DNA from: Candidatus Latescibacterota bacterium
GTDB lineage: Bacteria > Latescibacterota > UBA2968 > UBA8231
DNA: 64,000 nt
Assembly (NCBI GenBank): GCA_964291625.2
Contig: OZ220089.1
Span: 64,001-128,000 of the forward strand
Direction of reading: 5' to 3'
Shown: positions 18,233 through 28,077 of the stretch, in pieces
How positions within the stretch are numbered: the first letter of the stretch is position 1
Layout: each line of letters starts with the position of its first letter
Made by a program: the position numbers and the translations under genes
Notes under the pieces: model-generated
Database searches by the model: none
Seen by the model: the letters and a program-made list of their open reading frames with translations, nothing else
What the model was told of the DNA's origin: nothing

Positions 18233-20461
18233 TCACTTGAGAAGAAGCATCTTCCCCATCTGGACGATCGCCCCCGCCTGCAGCCGGGCGAAGTAGACCC
18301 CGCTGGCCACGGGCTCGCCCCGCTGATCGCGGCCGTCCCAACGGGCGGCCCTCCCGTCGGTGCGGTACCAGCCCGCCGGCCGATGGCCCAGGTCGATCTC
18401 CCGCACCAGGGCCCCCCGCACATCGTGGATCGTCAGGCGCACCCGCGCCGGCGCGTGGAGCTGGAAGGGGATCCAGGTCTCCAGGTTGAAGGGATTGGGA
18501 TAGCTGGCCTGCAGGGCGGTCCGCTTCGGAAGCGGCTGGGAGAGCCCGACCGACGTCGGTCCGTCCAGGTACGGCGACATGTCCCACAGCAGGATGGTGC
18601 CGTCCGAGCCGCTCGCCAGCAGCGCGCCGTCGGGAGAGAAGGCCACCGACAGGACCGGAGTCTCGTCTCCCTGTCGTTCAAGGACGGACCGCAGCTCCCA
18701 GGTATCCGTATCCCACAACCGGACCAGGCTGCCGGCACTGCCGGCCAGGATCCGTCCGTCGGGAGAGAAGGCCAGGGAACGAGAGTCCTCCAGAGAACCC
18801 CGGAGCTCCCAGGTGTCCGTATCCCACAGCCTGATCTGACTGCCGCCAGCGGCGAGGATCCGTCCGTCGGGAGAGAAGGCCACGGGCGTCCTGCCCCGCC
18901 ACGACGAAGGAGATGAGCCCCCTTCCAGGTTCGCCCGGAGGTCTCCGGTCCCAGCGTCCCACAGCAGGACCAGACGACCGCCGCCGCTGGCGAGAGTCCG
19001 GCCATCCGGTGAGAAGGCCAACGACTGCGCGCCGCCGACCGTCTCGCTCCCGCCCAGGATCCCCTTCAACCGGGCATCGGGCACCGAGTACAGGTAGATC
19101 AGCCCGCGCCCGGCGGAGTTGGCCAGGCTTGCGCCGTCCGGCGAGAAGGCCAGGCCTACGACCGCCGCGCCGCCTGGAAGGCGGGCCAGGTGCCGGCCGC
19201 TGCCGACGTCCCACAACCGGACCGCATGGTCGCCGCCTCCACTGGCCAGGAGGGAGCCGTCCGGAGAGAACGCCACCGACAGGGCCCGCCGCCAATGGCC
19301 GTAGAGAACGGTCCGCAGGCGGCGGCCCTCCACATCCCACAAGCGGACGGGATTGTCGCCGCCGGTACTGGCCAGGCTCTTCCCGTCGGGGGAGAAAGCC
19401 AGCGACCCCACGTATCCCATGTGCTCGGTTTCGAGGCCCAGGGTGGCCTCGAGCTGTCCGCTTTCCGCGTCCCACCGGCCGACCGTATGGCCCTGACCGC
19501 CGCTGACGGCGACCCTGCCTTCGGGCGAGAAGGTCACGGAGAGGATCCTGTAGTTCCCCATCGGCAGCGAGGCCCCGGACTGGCCGCTGGCCACGTCCCA
19601 CACCCGCACCTCGCTGCCGCCGCCGCTGACCAGGGTCGCCCCGTCCGGCGAGAAGGCCAGGCGATAGACCCTGGCCCTGTGGCGATGCGGCAGGACCTGG
19701 TGTTTGCCGGCGGCCAGGTCCCACAGCCGGACCTCGCCGTTGCGTCCGCCGCTGGCAAGCATCGAGCCGTCCGGAGAGAAGACCAGGGCCTGGACCCAGG
19801 TCCCGAGACCTTCGAGGGTGCCGGTGTGAAGAGCTTCGTCGACGGACCACAGCCGGATCGTGCCGTCGGCGCTGCCGCTCGCCAGCGTCTCCCCGTCCGG
19901 AGAGAAGGCCACGGAGAGGACGTCCCACAGATGCCCCGCCAGGACCGCCTCGGTCCGGGCGGAGTCCACGGACCACAGCCGGACCCGCCTGTCCTTGCCG
20001 CCCGCCGCCGCCAGGAGCGAACCGTCCGGAGAGAAGGCCAGGGCGACCATCATCTCCCTGTGCCTTCCCAGCAGGCTGTCTTCCAGCAGGCTGTCCTCGT
20101 AGCGACCGCTGGCCAGGTCCCACAGCCGGACCCGGCCGCCCTCGCCCCCGCCGGCCAGGGTCGACCCGTCCGGGGAGAGGGCCAGAATGCGGATCCCCTC
20201 CGCAGTCCCCTGCAGCCGGGCGACGTCGGCGCCGGTCTGCCCGTCCCGGATCCAGACGCCGTACTTGCCGCCCAAGGCCAGCCTCGTGCCGTCGGTCGAG
20301 AAAGCCATGACCTGGATCTCCCCCCGGCCCAGGCGGGCGATTGCGCCTTCGGGCAGCGGCACCGCTTCGCCGCCGGCGAGGCTGTCCCGCGCCGTCAGGA
20401 GGCAGAGCCCGGCGAGGGCCACGGTCGACAGCGGTCTCGGCGTCACCCGCCCCCTACCCAT
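18233..20461 (-). CDS. Secreted WD40-repeat protein with C-terminal FlgD-Ig/T9SS-CTD-like domain (tandem paralogue)
   Basis: Same architecture as 15930-18149; the last ~300 bp are nearly identical between the two genes. Confidence 0.92.
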   Translation of the reverse strand: MGRGRVTPRPLSTVALAGLCLLTARDSLAGGEAVPLPEGAIARLGRGEIQVMAFSTDGTRLALGGKYGVWIRDGQTGADVARLQGTAEGIRILALSPDGSTLAGGGEGGRVRLWDLASGRYEDSLLEDSLLGRHREMMVALAFSPDGSLLAAAGGKDRRVRLWSVDSARTEAVLAGHLWDVLSVAFSPDGETLASGSADGTIRLWSVDEALHTGTLEGLGTWVQALVFSPDGSMLASGGRNGEVRLWDLAAGKHQVLPHRHRARVYRLAFSPDGATLVSGGGSEVRVWDVASGQSGASLPMGNYRILSVTFSPEGRVAVSGGQGHTVGRWDAESGQLEATLGLETEHMGYVGSLAFSPDGKSLASTGGDNPVRLWDVEGRRLRTVLYGHWRRALSVAFSPDGSLLASGGGDHAVRLWDVGSGRHLARLPGGAAVVGLAFSPDGASLANSAGRGLIYLYSVPDARLKGILGGSETVGGAQSLAFSPDGRTLASGGGRLVLLWDAGTGDLRANLEGGSSPSSWRGRTPVAFSPDGRILAAGGSQIRLWDTDTWELRGSLEDSRSLAFSPDGRILAGSAGSLVRLWDTDTWELRSVLERQGDETPVLSVAFSPDGALLASGSDGTILLWDMSPYLDGPTSVGLSQPLPKRTALQASYPNPFNLETWIPFQLHAPARVRLTIHDVRGALVREIDLGHRPAGWYRTDGRAARWDGRDQRGEPVASGVYFARLQAGAIVQMGKMLLLK

Positions 20462-21830
20462 GCCTCCTCCCCTCCCTCCTCTCCTCCGCCCGCAGACGCC
20501 GGTGCATCCACGCCAGGGCGACGAAGGAGGTGATCAGCCCCGAGGCGGCGAAGGAGAGCCACACCGTCTCGATGCCGAGGTGGAAGACGCGGGTCAGGGT
20601 CCACGCCAGGGGCACCGAGATCAGCAGCACCCGCAGCGAGGTCAGCACCAGGCCGGGCAGGCCGCTGCCCAGCCCCCGGAAGACGCTGCCCGAGACGATG
20701 CCCACGGCGATGAAGGGGAAGGCCCAGGTGAGGACGCGGATGTAGCCGACGGCGACGTCGACGATGACGGGCTCGGTGGTGAAGAGGCCGGCCAGCCGCG
20801 GCGCGAAGATCCAGAACAGGACGCCGATGGCCACGGCGAAGGCGACGCTCCGGGTGAGGGCATAGCGCACGGTGGAGCGGATCAGGTCGACGCGGCCGGC
20901 GCCGAAGAACATGCCGACCACGGTGACCATGCTCGTAGCCAGGGCGATGACGGGGAGGAAGAACACGGCGTCGAGGCGGCCGCCCACGCCGAGACCGGCC
21001 ACGGCGTCGGGGCCGAAGGCGGAGACGATGCGGTTGTAGAACATGCCGCCCGCCGCCATGAGCACCATCGACCCCGACGACGGCAGGCCGACGCGGAGCA
21101 GGCCGGCGGCGGTGGCCGCCCTGGGCCGGAACTCCCGGAAGCGGAACTCGACGTAGCTGCCGCGGCGCACGAAGAGGTGGAGGAGGAAGGCGCAGCAGAC
21201 CAGGGCCTGGCTGACGACGGTGGCCACGGCGGCGCCCCGGATGCCCATGCCGGCGGCGAAGATGAAGACGGGGTCGAGGCCGATGTTCAGCAGCGTGCCG
21301 CCGCCCTGCAGGGCCACGGGGGTGCGCGTGTCCCCCTCGCCGGCGAGGATGGCGTGGAAGGTCCCGTTGAGCAGGACGAGGACGAAGCCGGGGGCCAGGA
21401 TCCCGAAGTAGCGGGTGGCCAGGTGCAGGGGCTCGTCCCGGGCGCCGAGGGCCTGGAAGAGGTCGATCTGGAAGGCGATCGCCGCCGCCGCCGTGCCGAG
21501 GCCGACGGCCAGGGCCAGGAGGATGGCGTGCTCGGCGGCGTGGCCGGCGCCCGGCCTGTCGCCGGCCCCGAGGTGGCGGGCCACGGCGCTCGTCGCTCCG
21601 GCGCCGAGACCGAAGGCGATGCCGGTGGCCAGGAAGACCAGGGGCATGCTGAAGGTCAGGGCCGTCACCGACGCGCCGCCGAGGCGGCCGACGAAGGCCA
21701 TGTCGGTGAGGTTGTAGAGGGTCTGCACGCCGATCCCGGCCAGGATCGGCAGGGCCAGCCGCCAGACCGCCCGGCGCGGGTCGGCCAGGGCCTCGGCGAC
21801 CCGGTCCCCTCCGGCCGGCCGCCGGGTCAC
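20454..21830 (-). CDS. MATE family efflux transporter
   Basis: VWRLALP, LYNLTDMAFVGRLG, GDTRTP, LNIGLDPVFIF, GIRGAAVATVVSQ; about 12 TM segments. Confidence 0.92.
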   Translation of the reverse strand: MTRRPAGGDRVAEALADPRRAVWRLALPILAGIGVQTLYNLTDMAFVGRLGGASVTALTFSMPLVFLATGIAFGLGAGATSAVARHLGAGDRPGAGHAAEHAILLALAVGLGTAAAAIAFQIDLFQALGARDEPLHLATRYFGILAPGFVLVLLNGTFHAILAGEGDTRTPVALQGGGTLLNIGLDPVFIFAAGMGIRGAAVATVVSQALVCCAFLLHLFVRRGSYVEFRFREFRPRAATAAGLLRVGLPSSGSMVLMAAGGMFYNRIVSAFGPDAVAGLGVGGRLDAVFFLPVIALATSMVTVVGMFFGAGRVDLIRSTVRYALTRSVAFAVAIGVLFWIFAPRLAGLFTTEPVIVDVAVGYIRVLTWAFPFIAVGIVSGSVFRGLGSGLPGLVLTSLRVLLISVPLAWTLTRVFHLGIETVWLSFAASGLITSFVALAWMHRRLRAEERREGRRHG

Positions 21831-21957
21831 GTCCGGGGCCGGGCGCGGCCGCCCGTCAGCCGATCGGCTGGAGCGCCCCCCTCGAGATCCGTCACCGTAC
21901 CTGGGGCCGCGGGTGAGCGCCCGTCACCAGGCCGGCGGCGCCACCGCTCTGCGCCCG

Positions 21958-22575
21958 TCACCGCGCCGACCCCCCGCAGCCCTCGAGGCGGACGTAGCGG
22001 TAGGCCTCCGGGTCCCGCTCCCGGGCGGCGAGGTAGTCGCGGCGGTTGACGGCGTACTCCTCCTTGTCGTGGTGGGAGTCCCACTTGGGCACGAAGTGCA
22101 GCCGCCGGCGCTGGTGGCGCATGCCCAGCTTGCGCAGCACGCTGCCGGAGCGCGGGTTGTGGCTCAGGTGGGAGGCGGCGATCTGCTCCAGGCCCAGCTC
22201 CTCGAAGCCGAAGGCGACGACGGCCCGCCCCGCCTCGGTGGCGTAGCCGCGGCCCCAGTAGCGCCGCCCGAACCAGTAACCCATGCCGGCGCGGGTGTCG
22301 CCTCCGCCGATGGTCACGAAGCCGGCCAGGACCCCGGTCTCCCGCTCCTCCACGGCGAAGCTCAGGGAGCCGGAGGACTCGTAGCCCGGGCCATGACGGG
22401 AGAGCCAGCGCCTCGCCATCTCTTCGGAGTACGGGTACCTCACGGCCACCAGCGTGGAGGCGACCTCCCAGTCCCCCACCAGACCCTTGACCTCGGCGGA
22501 CTCGTCCGGGGAGAAGGGCCGCAGGCGGAGGCGGGGGGTCTGCAGGACGGGGAAGGCGGAGGAGACCTTCCTCAT
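21958..22575 (-). CDS. GNAT acetyltransferase, RimJ/RimL family
   Basis: LQTPRLRLRPF, GYWFGRRYWGRGYATEA, NPRSGSVLRKLGM. Confidence 0.88.
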   Translation of the reverse strand: MRKVSSAFPVLQTPRLRLRPFSPDESAEVKGLVGDWEVASTLVAVRYPYSEEMARRWLSRHGPGYESSGSLSFAVEERETGVLAGFVTIGGGDTRAGMGYWFGRRYWGRGYATEAGRAVVAFGFEELGLEQIAASHLSHNPRSGSVLRKLGMRHQRRRLHFVPKWDSHHDKEEYAVNRRDYLAARERDPEAYRYVRLEGCGGSAR

Positions 22576-23816
22576 GCCGGCCCGAAGAACGACCCCTCGG
22601 CCTGGGCGCGCGCGTAGAGCCGGCCGAACTCCTCGGAGCCGTCGTCCTGCCGCAGCTCGAAGCGATGGCCGCGGATCAGCCCCTCCTGGAAGCCCATCTC
22701 GCGCTCGAGGTTCGGCGGCCCCACCGAGTAGAGGGTGCTCCCCCCGGCGAAGCGGGTCACGCCGAGGACCCGCGGCATGGTGTAAGGCTCGCGGGCGGCC
22801 AGCCGGGTCAGCTCCTCCTCGCGGACCTCGACGCCGAGACCCGGCCGCTCGGGCACCGGCGAGCAGCCCTCGACGACGGGGATGCGCTCGGCCGCCAGGT
22901 CCTCTTCGTAGTTGTCGTCGAGGGTGATGGTGTGGGCCACACGCGGCAGCACCGCCCCGAGGTGGAGGGCGAAGGCGGTGGCCAGGGATCCCCCCGTGAG
23001 CTGGATCACCGAGGGGATGTTGGCCTTGGAGTAGGCGAAGCCGCGGTGCAGGGCGTCGCCGAAGCCGCCGCAGTACTCGCCGATGATGTAGCCGTCGGCG
23101 AGGCCGTGGATCATCTCCTGCAGGCCGCCGAGGGGCGGCACGTGCATGTAGAGGGGGATCTCCGTCTTCTCCCGCAGGCGCCGCCAGCCGTCGATGTCCC
23201 TCAGGTCGAGGGGGTCCTCGATCGAGCCCACGACCCAGGACTTCTCCAGCCGCTTGATGATCGGCAGGACCACTCCCACGGAGCGGTTGTGGTTGAAGTC
23301 GTACTGGATGCGGAAGCGGTCCGGCGCGCTCTGCTCCACCGCCTCGTTCTGCTCGAAGACGTCGTAGTGGTGGCAGGTGTGCATCTTGAACAGGTTGTAG
23401 CCCTGGTCGACGGCGCGGCGGATCTCGCGGCTCAGGACCTCGGGCGGCGCCGGGCGCGTCCAGGCGGCCACGGCCACGCGGTCCCGCACCTTGGTCCCCA
23501 TCAGCTTGTAGGCCGGGATCTCCAGGTGCTTGCCCATGGCGTCGTAGAGGGCCGCCGACAGGCCGAGGCACCACTGGCTGAGGCCGATGTTCAGGTCGTG
23601 GCTGATGAAGTCGAAGGGGTTGCGCCCGATGAAGGGCTCCACGGCGGAGCGGTCCGGCGCGTAGCACCGGTACTCGCCGTACCCGGCGACGCCGTTGTCG
23701 AGGCTGACCTTGAAGACGACGCGCTGGTGGAGCTGCGCCATGGGCGGCAGGTAGTCGGGCAGATGGGGCCGGATCGCCGGTTCGACGCAGAAGACCTCGA
23801 TGTCGTCGATTCTCAT
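22572..23816 (-). CDS. Mandelate racemase/muconate lactonizing enzyme (enolase superfamily) protein
   Basis: VAGYGE, ALYDAMGKHLEIPAYKLMG..RDRV, FKMH, DFNHN, IEDPL, VPERPGLGVE. Confidence 0.85.
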   Translation of the reverse strand: MRIDDIEVFCVEPAIRPHLPDYLPPMAQLHQRVVFKVSLDNGVAGYGEYRCYAPDRSAVEPFIGRNPFDFISHDLNIGLSQWCLGLSAALYDAMGKHLEIPAYKLMGTKVRDRVAVAAWTRPAPPEVLSREIRRAVDQGYNLFKMHTCHHYDVFEQNEAVEQSAPDRFRIQYDFNHNRSVGVVLPIIKRLEKSWVVGSIEDPLDLRDIDGWRRLREKTEIPLYMHVPPLGGLQEMIHGLADGYIIGEYCGGFGDALHRGFAYSKANIPSVIQLTGGSLATAFALHLGAVLPRVAHTITLDDNYEEDLAAERIPVVEGCSPVPERPGLGVEVREEELTRLAAREPYTMPRVLGVTRFAGGSTLYSVGPPNLEREMGFQEGLIRGHRFELRQDDGSEEFGRLYARAQAEGSFFGPA

Positions 23817-23826
23817 GGACTCTCTC

Positions 23827-24246
23827 TCACGGGTTGGGCGGCGAGGTGCAGATCAGGATCACCAGGGTCTCGCGCCCCGTGTTCTCCACCCCGTGCTCGC
23901 ACCAGGGCGGCAGGTAGATGAAGTCGCCCTTGCTCACCTGGCGCTGCGAGTTGGCAAAGGTCATCAGCCCCTCGCCCTCGAGGACGACGTAGGTCTCCTC
24001 CGTCGGGTGCGATCCCGGCTCGAGGACGACGTGGGGCGGAACGTAGAACAGGACCAGGCCCAGGTTGGCGGCCGGCGCCTTGTCGTTGGCCGGGTGCACG
24101 ACGCGCACGCCCACGCCGTGGCACCCGGGGTAGACCACCGGCACGCCGTCGGCGACGGTGACGATCATCGGGTCCGGCGACTCTTCCGGCCGCGGCGGGC
24201 CCGTGGGCGGGCCGTCGTATCCCTTGAACTCGGTGATCTTCGCCAT
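23827..24246 (-). CDS. Cupin domain protein
   Basis: HPTEETYVVLEGEG and GDFIYLPPWCEHGVEN cupin motifs. Confidence 0.85.
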   Translation of the reverse strand: MAKITEFKGYDGPPTGPPRPEESPDPMIVTVADGVPVVYPGCHGVGVRVVHPANDKAPAANLGLVLFYVPPHVVLEPGSHPTEETYVVLEGEGLMTFANSQRQVSKGDFIYLPPWCEHGVENTGRETLVILICTSPPNP

Positions 24247-24381
24247 GCTCTCGTCCTTCTCCTCGGTGGTGGGTTGGGTCCGGCGGCCGGGGAAGGTACG
24301 CAAGGCGCACCCGCCTCGCCGGAGCCGGACGCGGTGACTACATTGCGCCGCTCCCGAACCCGAGACAGGAGACCCGCCGGA

Positions 24382-25212
24382 ATGATGAAGCTTGGCTGCA
24401 TGTCCCTCAGCTACAACCAGGAGTTCAAGGCCGGAGACCTCGACCTGGAGGGATTCATCGACCGCGCCCACGAGCTGCGCCTCGACGGCGTCGACCTGCA
24501 CACCCGCGCCTTCGCCTCCGAGAGCCCCGACTACCTGCGCAACATCCGCATGCAGGCCCTCAAGCGGGGCCTCGCCCTCTCCTACATCGGCGTCAGCTCG
24601 AACTTCGGCGTGCCCGCCGGCGAGCAGCTCGACAAGCAGGTGAGCGACGCCAGGCACTGGATCGACGTGGCCGAGTTCATGGGCATCCCCCTGGTGCGCG
24701 TCTTCGCCGCCTGGATCCCCGAGGGCGAGACCGAGGAGGCCGTGTGGACGCGCATGATCCCGTGCCTGAAGGAGGTCGCCGCCCACGGCCGGGAGAAGGG
24801 CGTGGTCGTGGGCCTGCACAACCACAACCACGGCTGCGTCACCCGCACCGGCCGGGACGTGCGCCGCATCATCGAGGAGGTCGACGACCCGTACTTCTCG
24901 CACATCCTCGACACCGGGCAGTACGTGGGCTCTCCGGGCGCTTCCGGCCAGCGCGGACGGGAGGATCCGTCCCTCGACTTCTACGGCTCCATCGCCGAGA
25001 CCGCCAACCTGGCCGTGCACGTGCGCTGCAAGATCTACCGGATCCAGTCGGGGACCGAGGAGTGGCTCGACTATCCCCGCATCTTCGAGATCCTGCGCGG
25101 CGTCGACTTCAACGGCTGGTGCTCCATCGTCTACGAGGGCCAGGACGTGGAGGCCGAGGCCACGGCGGTGCCGAAGGCGGTCAACTACCTGCGCGGCCTG
25201 ATGAACGCCTGA
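24382..25212 (+). CDS. Sugar phosphate isomerase/epimerase (xylose isomerase-like TIM barrel)
   Basis: GIPLVRVFA, LHNHNH, LDTGQY, HVRCK, FNGWCSIVYEG. Confidence 0.85.
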   Translation: MMKLGCMSLSYNQEFKAGDLDLEGFIDRAHELRLDGVDLHTRAFASESPDYLRNIRMQALKRGLALSYIGVSSNFGVPAGEQLDKQVSDARHWIDVAEFMGIPLVRVFAAWIPEGETEEAVWTRMIPCLKEVAAHGREKGVVVGLHNHNHGCVTRTGRDVRRIIEEVDDPYFSHILDTGQYVGSPGASGQRGREDPSLDFYGSIAETANLAVHVRCKIYRIQSGTEEWLDYPRIFEILRGVDFNGWCSIVYEGQDVEAEATAVPKAVNYLRGLMNA

Positions 25213-25215
25213 GCC

Positions 25216-26409
25216 TCAGGCGCTCTCCCAGCCGTCGACGAAGCCCTCCAGGGTCAGCTCCCCGGGGAGGCTCTCGAAGCGATAGCTCATCGGCCCGGAC
25301 TGGTACCCGGGCACGTACTCCCTGTCCCCGGGAGCCTTGAGCATGTCGTCGAGGGGCTCGAACCGCCGCCACAGGGCTTCCAGGTCTTCATCGGTGAAGC
25401 GCGGCGCCAGCTCCCGGTCCTGGGTGAAGTCGCCGCCGTAGCCCGGACGCTCGGGGTGGCTGCCGCCGGCCAGCTTGCGGGCCAGCTTCGACAGCAGGAT
25501 GAGGCAGACCTGGCGCATCGACTCCCCGGGGTGCAGACGCTCCACGGCCGCGAGGAAGGCCGGCGCGTCGGCGGCGATGGCCGCCCGGAAGGCGGCCTCC
25601 ATGAGGTCGCACTCGGCCTCGTAGAGCTCGCGGTGCCGGCGCCAGGCCTCCTGGTGGGCGGCGCCGAGGAAGGGGGAGGGATCGCCGCGCCGGTGCAGGC
25701 CGGCCACGTAGGGCAGCAGGTCCCCCCCGAAGCTGCGGTGCCCGAAGTGCACGGTGCGCCGCAGCCTGCGGCTGTAGTCGCTCCCCCAGTGCAGGATCAG
25801 GTTGGTGTAGACGACAGCGTCGCCGGCGGCCAGCTCGACCGGGACGCCGCCCGGCAGCGGCCGCCGCGGTTCCTGGGCCAGGGCCTGGTTCTCGGCCTCG
25901 GTGTTCGGCCGCCGGTGGCTGCCGGGCACCACCCACAGGACGGGATCGTCGTAGAGGGGCAGGTTCCACTGGAGGTACCCGGGTCCGTTGGCCAGCAGGT
26001 CCCGCTGCAGCCCGGCGACCGGCGCCTGGTCGATGGGATGGATGTCCCGGTGCCAGGCGGCCGGACCGTGGTCCCGCGCCGGGTTGCACATCATCATGAA
26101 ACTGGTCGGGGCCGCCTCGGCGCCCATGATCCGGCGGCTCGTCTCCAGGGGCCGGCCGAGGAGCAGCTCCACGGCCGCCGCCGACTCGCCGTCCACGAGC
26201 CCCTCGTAGCCGACGACCCGCGGTTGGGGTGATGTCTCCCAGACGCCGCCCGGCAGGTCCTCCGGGCCCCGCTCGCGGCGCCAGATCCGGCGCTGGCGGT
26301 CGAGAAGGCCCTCGAAGGCGGTGCGAAGGCGGTCCAGCTCCGAAGGCGGGACGGCGTTGCGGACGATGCAGAAGCCGTTCTCCAACAGCTCTGCCCGGAG
26401 ATCGCTCAT
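25216..26409 (-). CDS. Phytanoyl-CoA dioxygenase family protein
   Basis: ENGFCIVRNAV, WHRDIHP, QWNLPLYDD, LWVVPGSH, AGDAVVY...LHWG. Confidence 0.82.
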   Translation of the reverse strand: MSDLRAELLENGFCIVRNAVPPSELDRLRTAFEGLLDRQRRIWRRERGPEDLPGGVWETSPQPRVVGYEGLVDGESAAAVELLLGRPLETSRRIMGAEAAPTSFMMMCNPARDHGPAAWHRDIHPIDQAPVAGLQRDLLANGPGYLQWNLPLYDDPVLWVVPGSHRRPNTEAENQALAQEPRRPLPGGVPVELAAGDAVVYTNLILHWGSDYSRRLRRTVHFGHRSFGGDLLPYVAGLHRRGDPSPFLGAAHQEAWRRHRELYEAECDLMEAAFRAAIAADAPAFLAAVERLHPGESMRQVCLILLSKLARKLAGGSHPERPGYGGDFTQDRELAPRFTDEDLEALWRRFEPLDDMLKAPGDREYVPGYQSGPMSYRFESLPGELTLEGFVDGWESA

Positions 26410-26534
26410 GGCCGGCGGTCCTGTGAGAGAGGGTGAGTGGCTCGCGGGCCCCGCATGGGCCGCCGAGTGAAGCCCCTCGATGGCCGGGGCGCAATCGGGG
26501 CGATCCCGGCCCCGGGCCTCGGGGGTCTGGCGCG

Positions 26535-27425
26535 CTAGGGGATCCCCAACTCGGCGCGGAAGGCCTCGTCGTCCAGAGACTGCAGGTTCCAGTACGGGCG
26601 CCGCACCGAGGCCAGCAGCTCGCCGCTGGCGCCGGAGGAGTCCTGCCACCGCAGGATCCGGTGCGGGTACTCGGTGTCGACCCATACCGTCTTCTGCCGC
26701 TGACCGTAGCTCCAGGTCCACGGCACGGCCTCCCGGCTCCGACCCTGCACCTCCACCTGCTCCCGCCGGCCCTTGCTCAGGACCGCCTCCACCAGCTCCC
26801 GGGGGCGGTGACGGAGGCGCAGCTCCCACAGGCCCGGCAGCAGCATCACGCCGCGGCTCTCCCCCTCCGCCATCAGCGGCCCCCGCAGCTCGCGGATCCG
26901 GATCAGCAGGTTGTCCTCGCTGACGAGCTCCGGCGGCCGGTCCAGGCGCCAGGACTGGCGGCCGGCGCGCTCGAAGTAGCTGAACAGCTCCCCGAGGACG
27001 GCGCCGCCGCGCACCTGCACCTCCTCGAAGACGTGGCCGCACCACTCCTGGGCGGTGAAGGTGATGCGCAGGGGCTCGAAGGAGCGGCCGCCGGTCCGGG
27101 GCTCCACGGCGCTGAAGACGGAGGTCATCATCGAGTAGTCGTAGATGCCGGTGGTGAATCGCAGCATCCGGTTGAGCTTGAGGACGTAGATGCGGTCCGA
27201 CTTCGGCGTGTCCGGGCTCTCCACCTTGATGCGGGTCCCGGCGTGCACGTCCTCGGTGACGAAGACGAGGACGGCATGGCCCTCGCGGGGCTCGCCGTAG
27301 CGCGGCTGTACCACGCGGTAGCCGGACAGCTCGGCGCGGCCGTCGGCCCAGTGCCCGTAGAAGTCCTGCGTCCGGCCCGGCGCCGCCGCCGTCAGCAGGG
27401 CGAGAGCCAGAATCGTTCCTCTCAC
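26535..27425 (-). CDS. Conserved hypothetical secreted protein
   Basis: Signal peptide, then W.DGRAELSGY, RYGEPREG.AVLVFVTED, VLKLN...FTTGIYDYS, QEWCGH. I recognise this family from Bacteroidota; function unknown. Confidence 0.7.
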   Translation of the reverse strand: MRGTILALALLTAAAPGRTQDFYGHWADGRAELSGYRVVQPRYGEPREGHAVLVFVTEDVHAGTRIKVESPDTPKSDRIYVLKLNRMLRFTTGIYDYSMMTSVFSAVEPRTGGRSFEPLRITFTAQEWCGHVFEEVQVRGGAVLGELFSYFERAGRQSWRLDRPPELVSEDNLLIRIRELRGPLMAEGESRGVMLLPGLWELRLRHRPRELVEAVLSKGRREQVEVQGRSREAVPWTWSYGQRQKTVWVDTEYPHRILRWQDSSGASGELLASVRRPYWNLQSLDDEAFRAELGIP

Positions 27426-27695
27426 GACGGTTCCTCCCGTATCGAGGGGCCGGGGGGTGCCGTCATCGCCGCCGCCCGGCCGGCGCAATGTAGGCGCAGT
27501 CCCGGGCGGGGATAAAGTCCCGGCCCGTGCGGCACCCGCGGAGACCGAACCCGCCCCGGATCCCCTCCGACCGGCCCGGGACTCCCCCGACCCCCTTGCG
27601 GCCGGTGCCCTGCCTGAACCCGGGTCGCTGGAGGGGCCGTTCCGGATGCACGGTAAGCGCGGGGATTTGTTTCAGTTACAGGCGAGATTTGGCCG

Positions 27696-27757
27696 TTGCA
27701 TTGTGGCCCGGCGTGGCTATATTTGGGCGGACCGATCATCCGTTAGGCATGCCATAC
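27696..27757 (+). promoter_or_regulatory. feoAB sigma70-like promoter with downstream DtxR-type inverted repeat
   Basis: TTGCAT-N16-TATATT (27696-27723), followed by the imperfect palindrome GTTAGGCATGCCATAC (27742-27757). Confidence 0.5.
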
Positions 27758-27789
27758 ACCGCTTCGACAGCCCAAACGGCGGCGGCGCC

Positions 27790-28077
27790 ATGAGAGCGTT
27801 TCTGGAGTGGTTCCAAGCGAGCGTGGAGGGGGATCTCCCCCAGGAGGGCCGGCTCTCCGAGTGGCGCCGCGACGCCGAGGCCGTCGTCGTCGACCTGCCG
27901 GGGACCGACCGCCTGTCGGCGCGGCTGCGCGAGTTGGGCATCCTGCCCGGCGTGCGCCTCCGGGTCCTGCGCACCGGCAGCCGCCTCGTGGTGCAGATCG
28001 GCGAGGACCGTTTCGCCCTCAGACGCGCCGACGCCGCCGCCATCCTCGTGAGCGCCGCCGGACCCGCGGCGGCGTGA
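27790..28077 (+). CDS. feoA: Ferrous iron transport protein A
   Basis: RLRELGILPGVRLRVLR...FALRRADAAAI; directly upstream of feoB. Confidence 0.85.
   Translation: MRAFLEWFQASVEGDLPQEGRLSEWRRDAEAVVVDLPGTDRLSARLRELGILPGVRLRVLRTGSRLVVQIGEDRFALRRADAAAILVSAAGPAAA

Noticed and set aside
15930-18600. Near-identical 3' ends of the WD40 genes as a diversity-generating retroelement TR/VR pair
   Set aside because: Differences are not adenine-specific, both copies are coding, and no reverse transcriptase is present.
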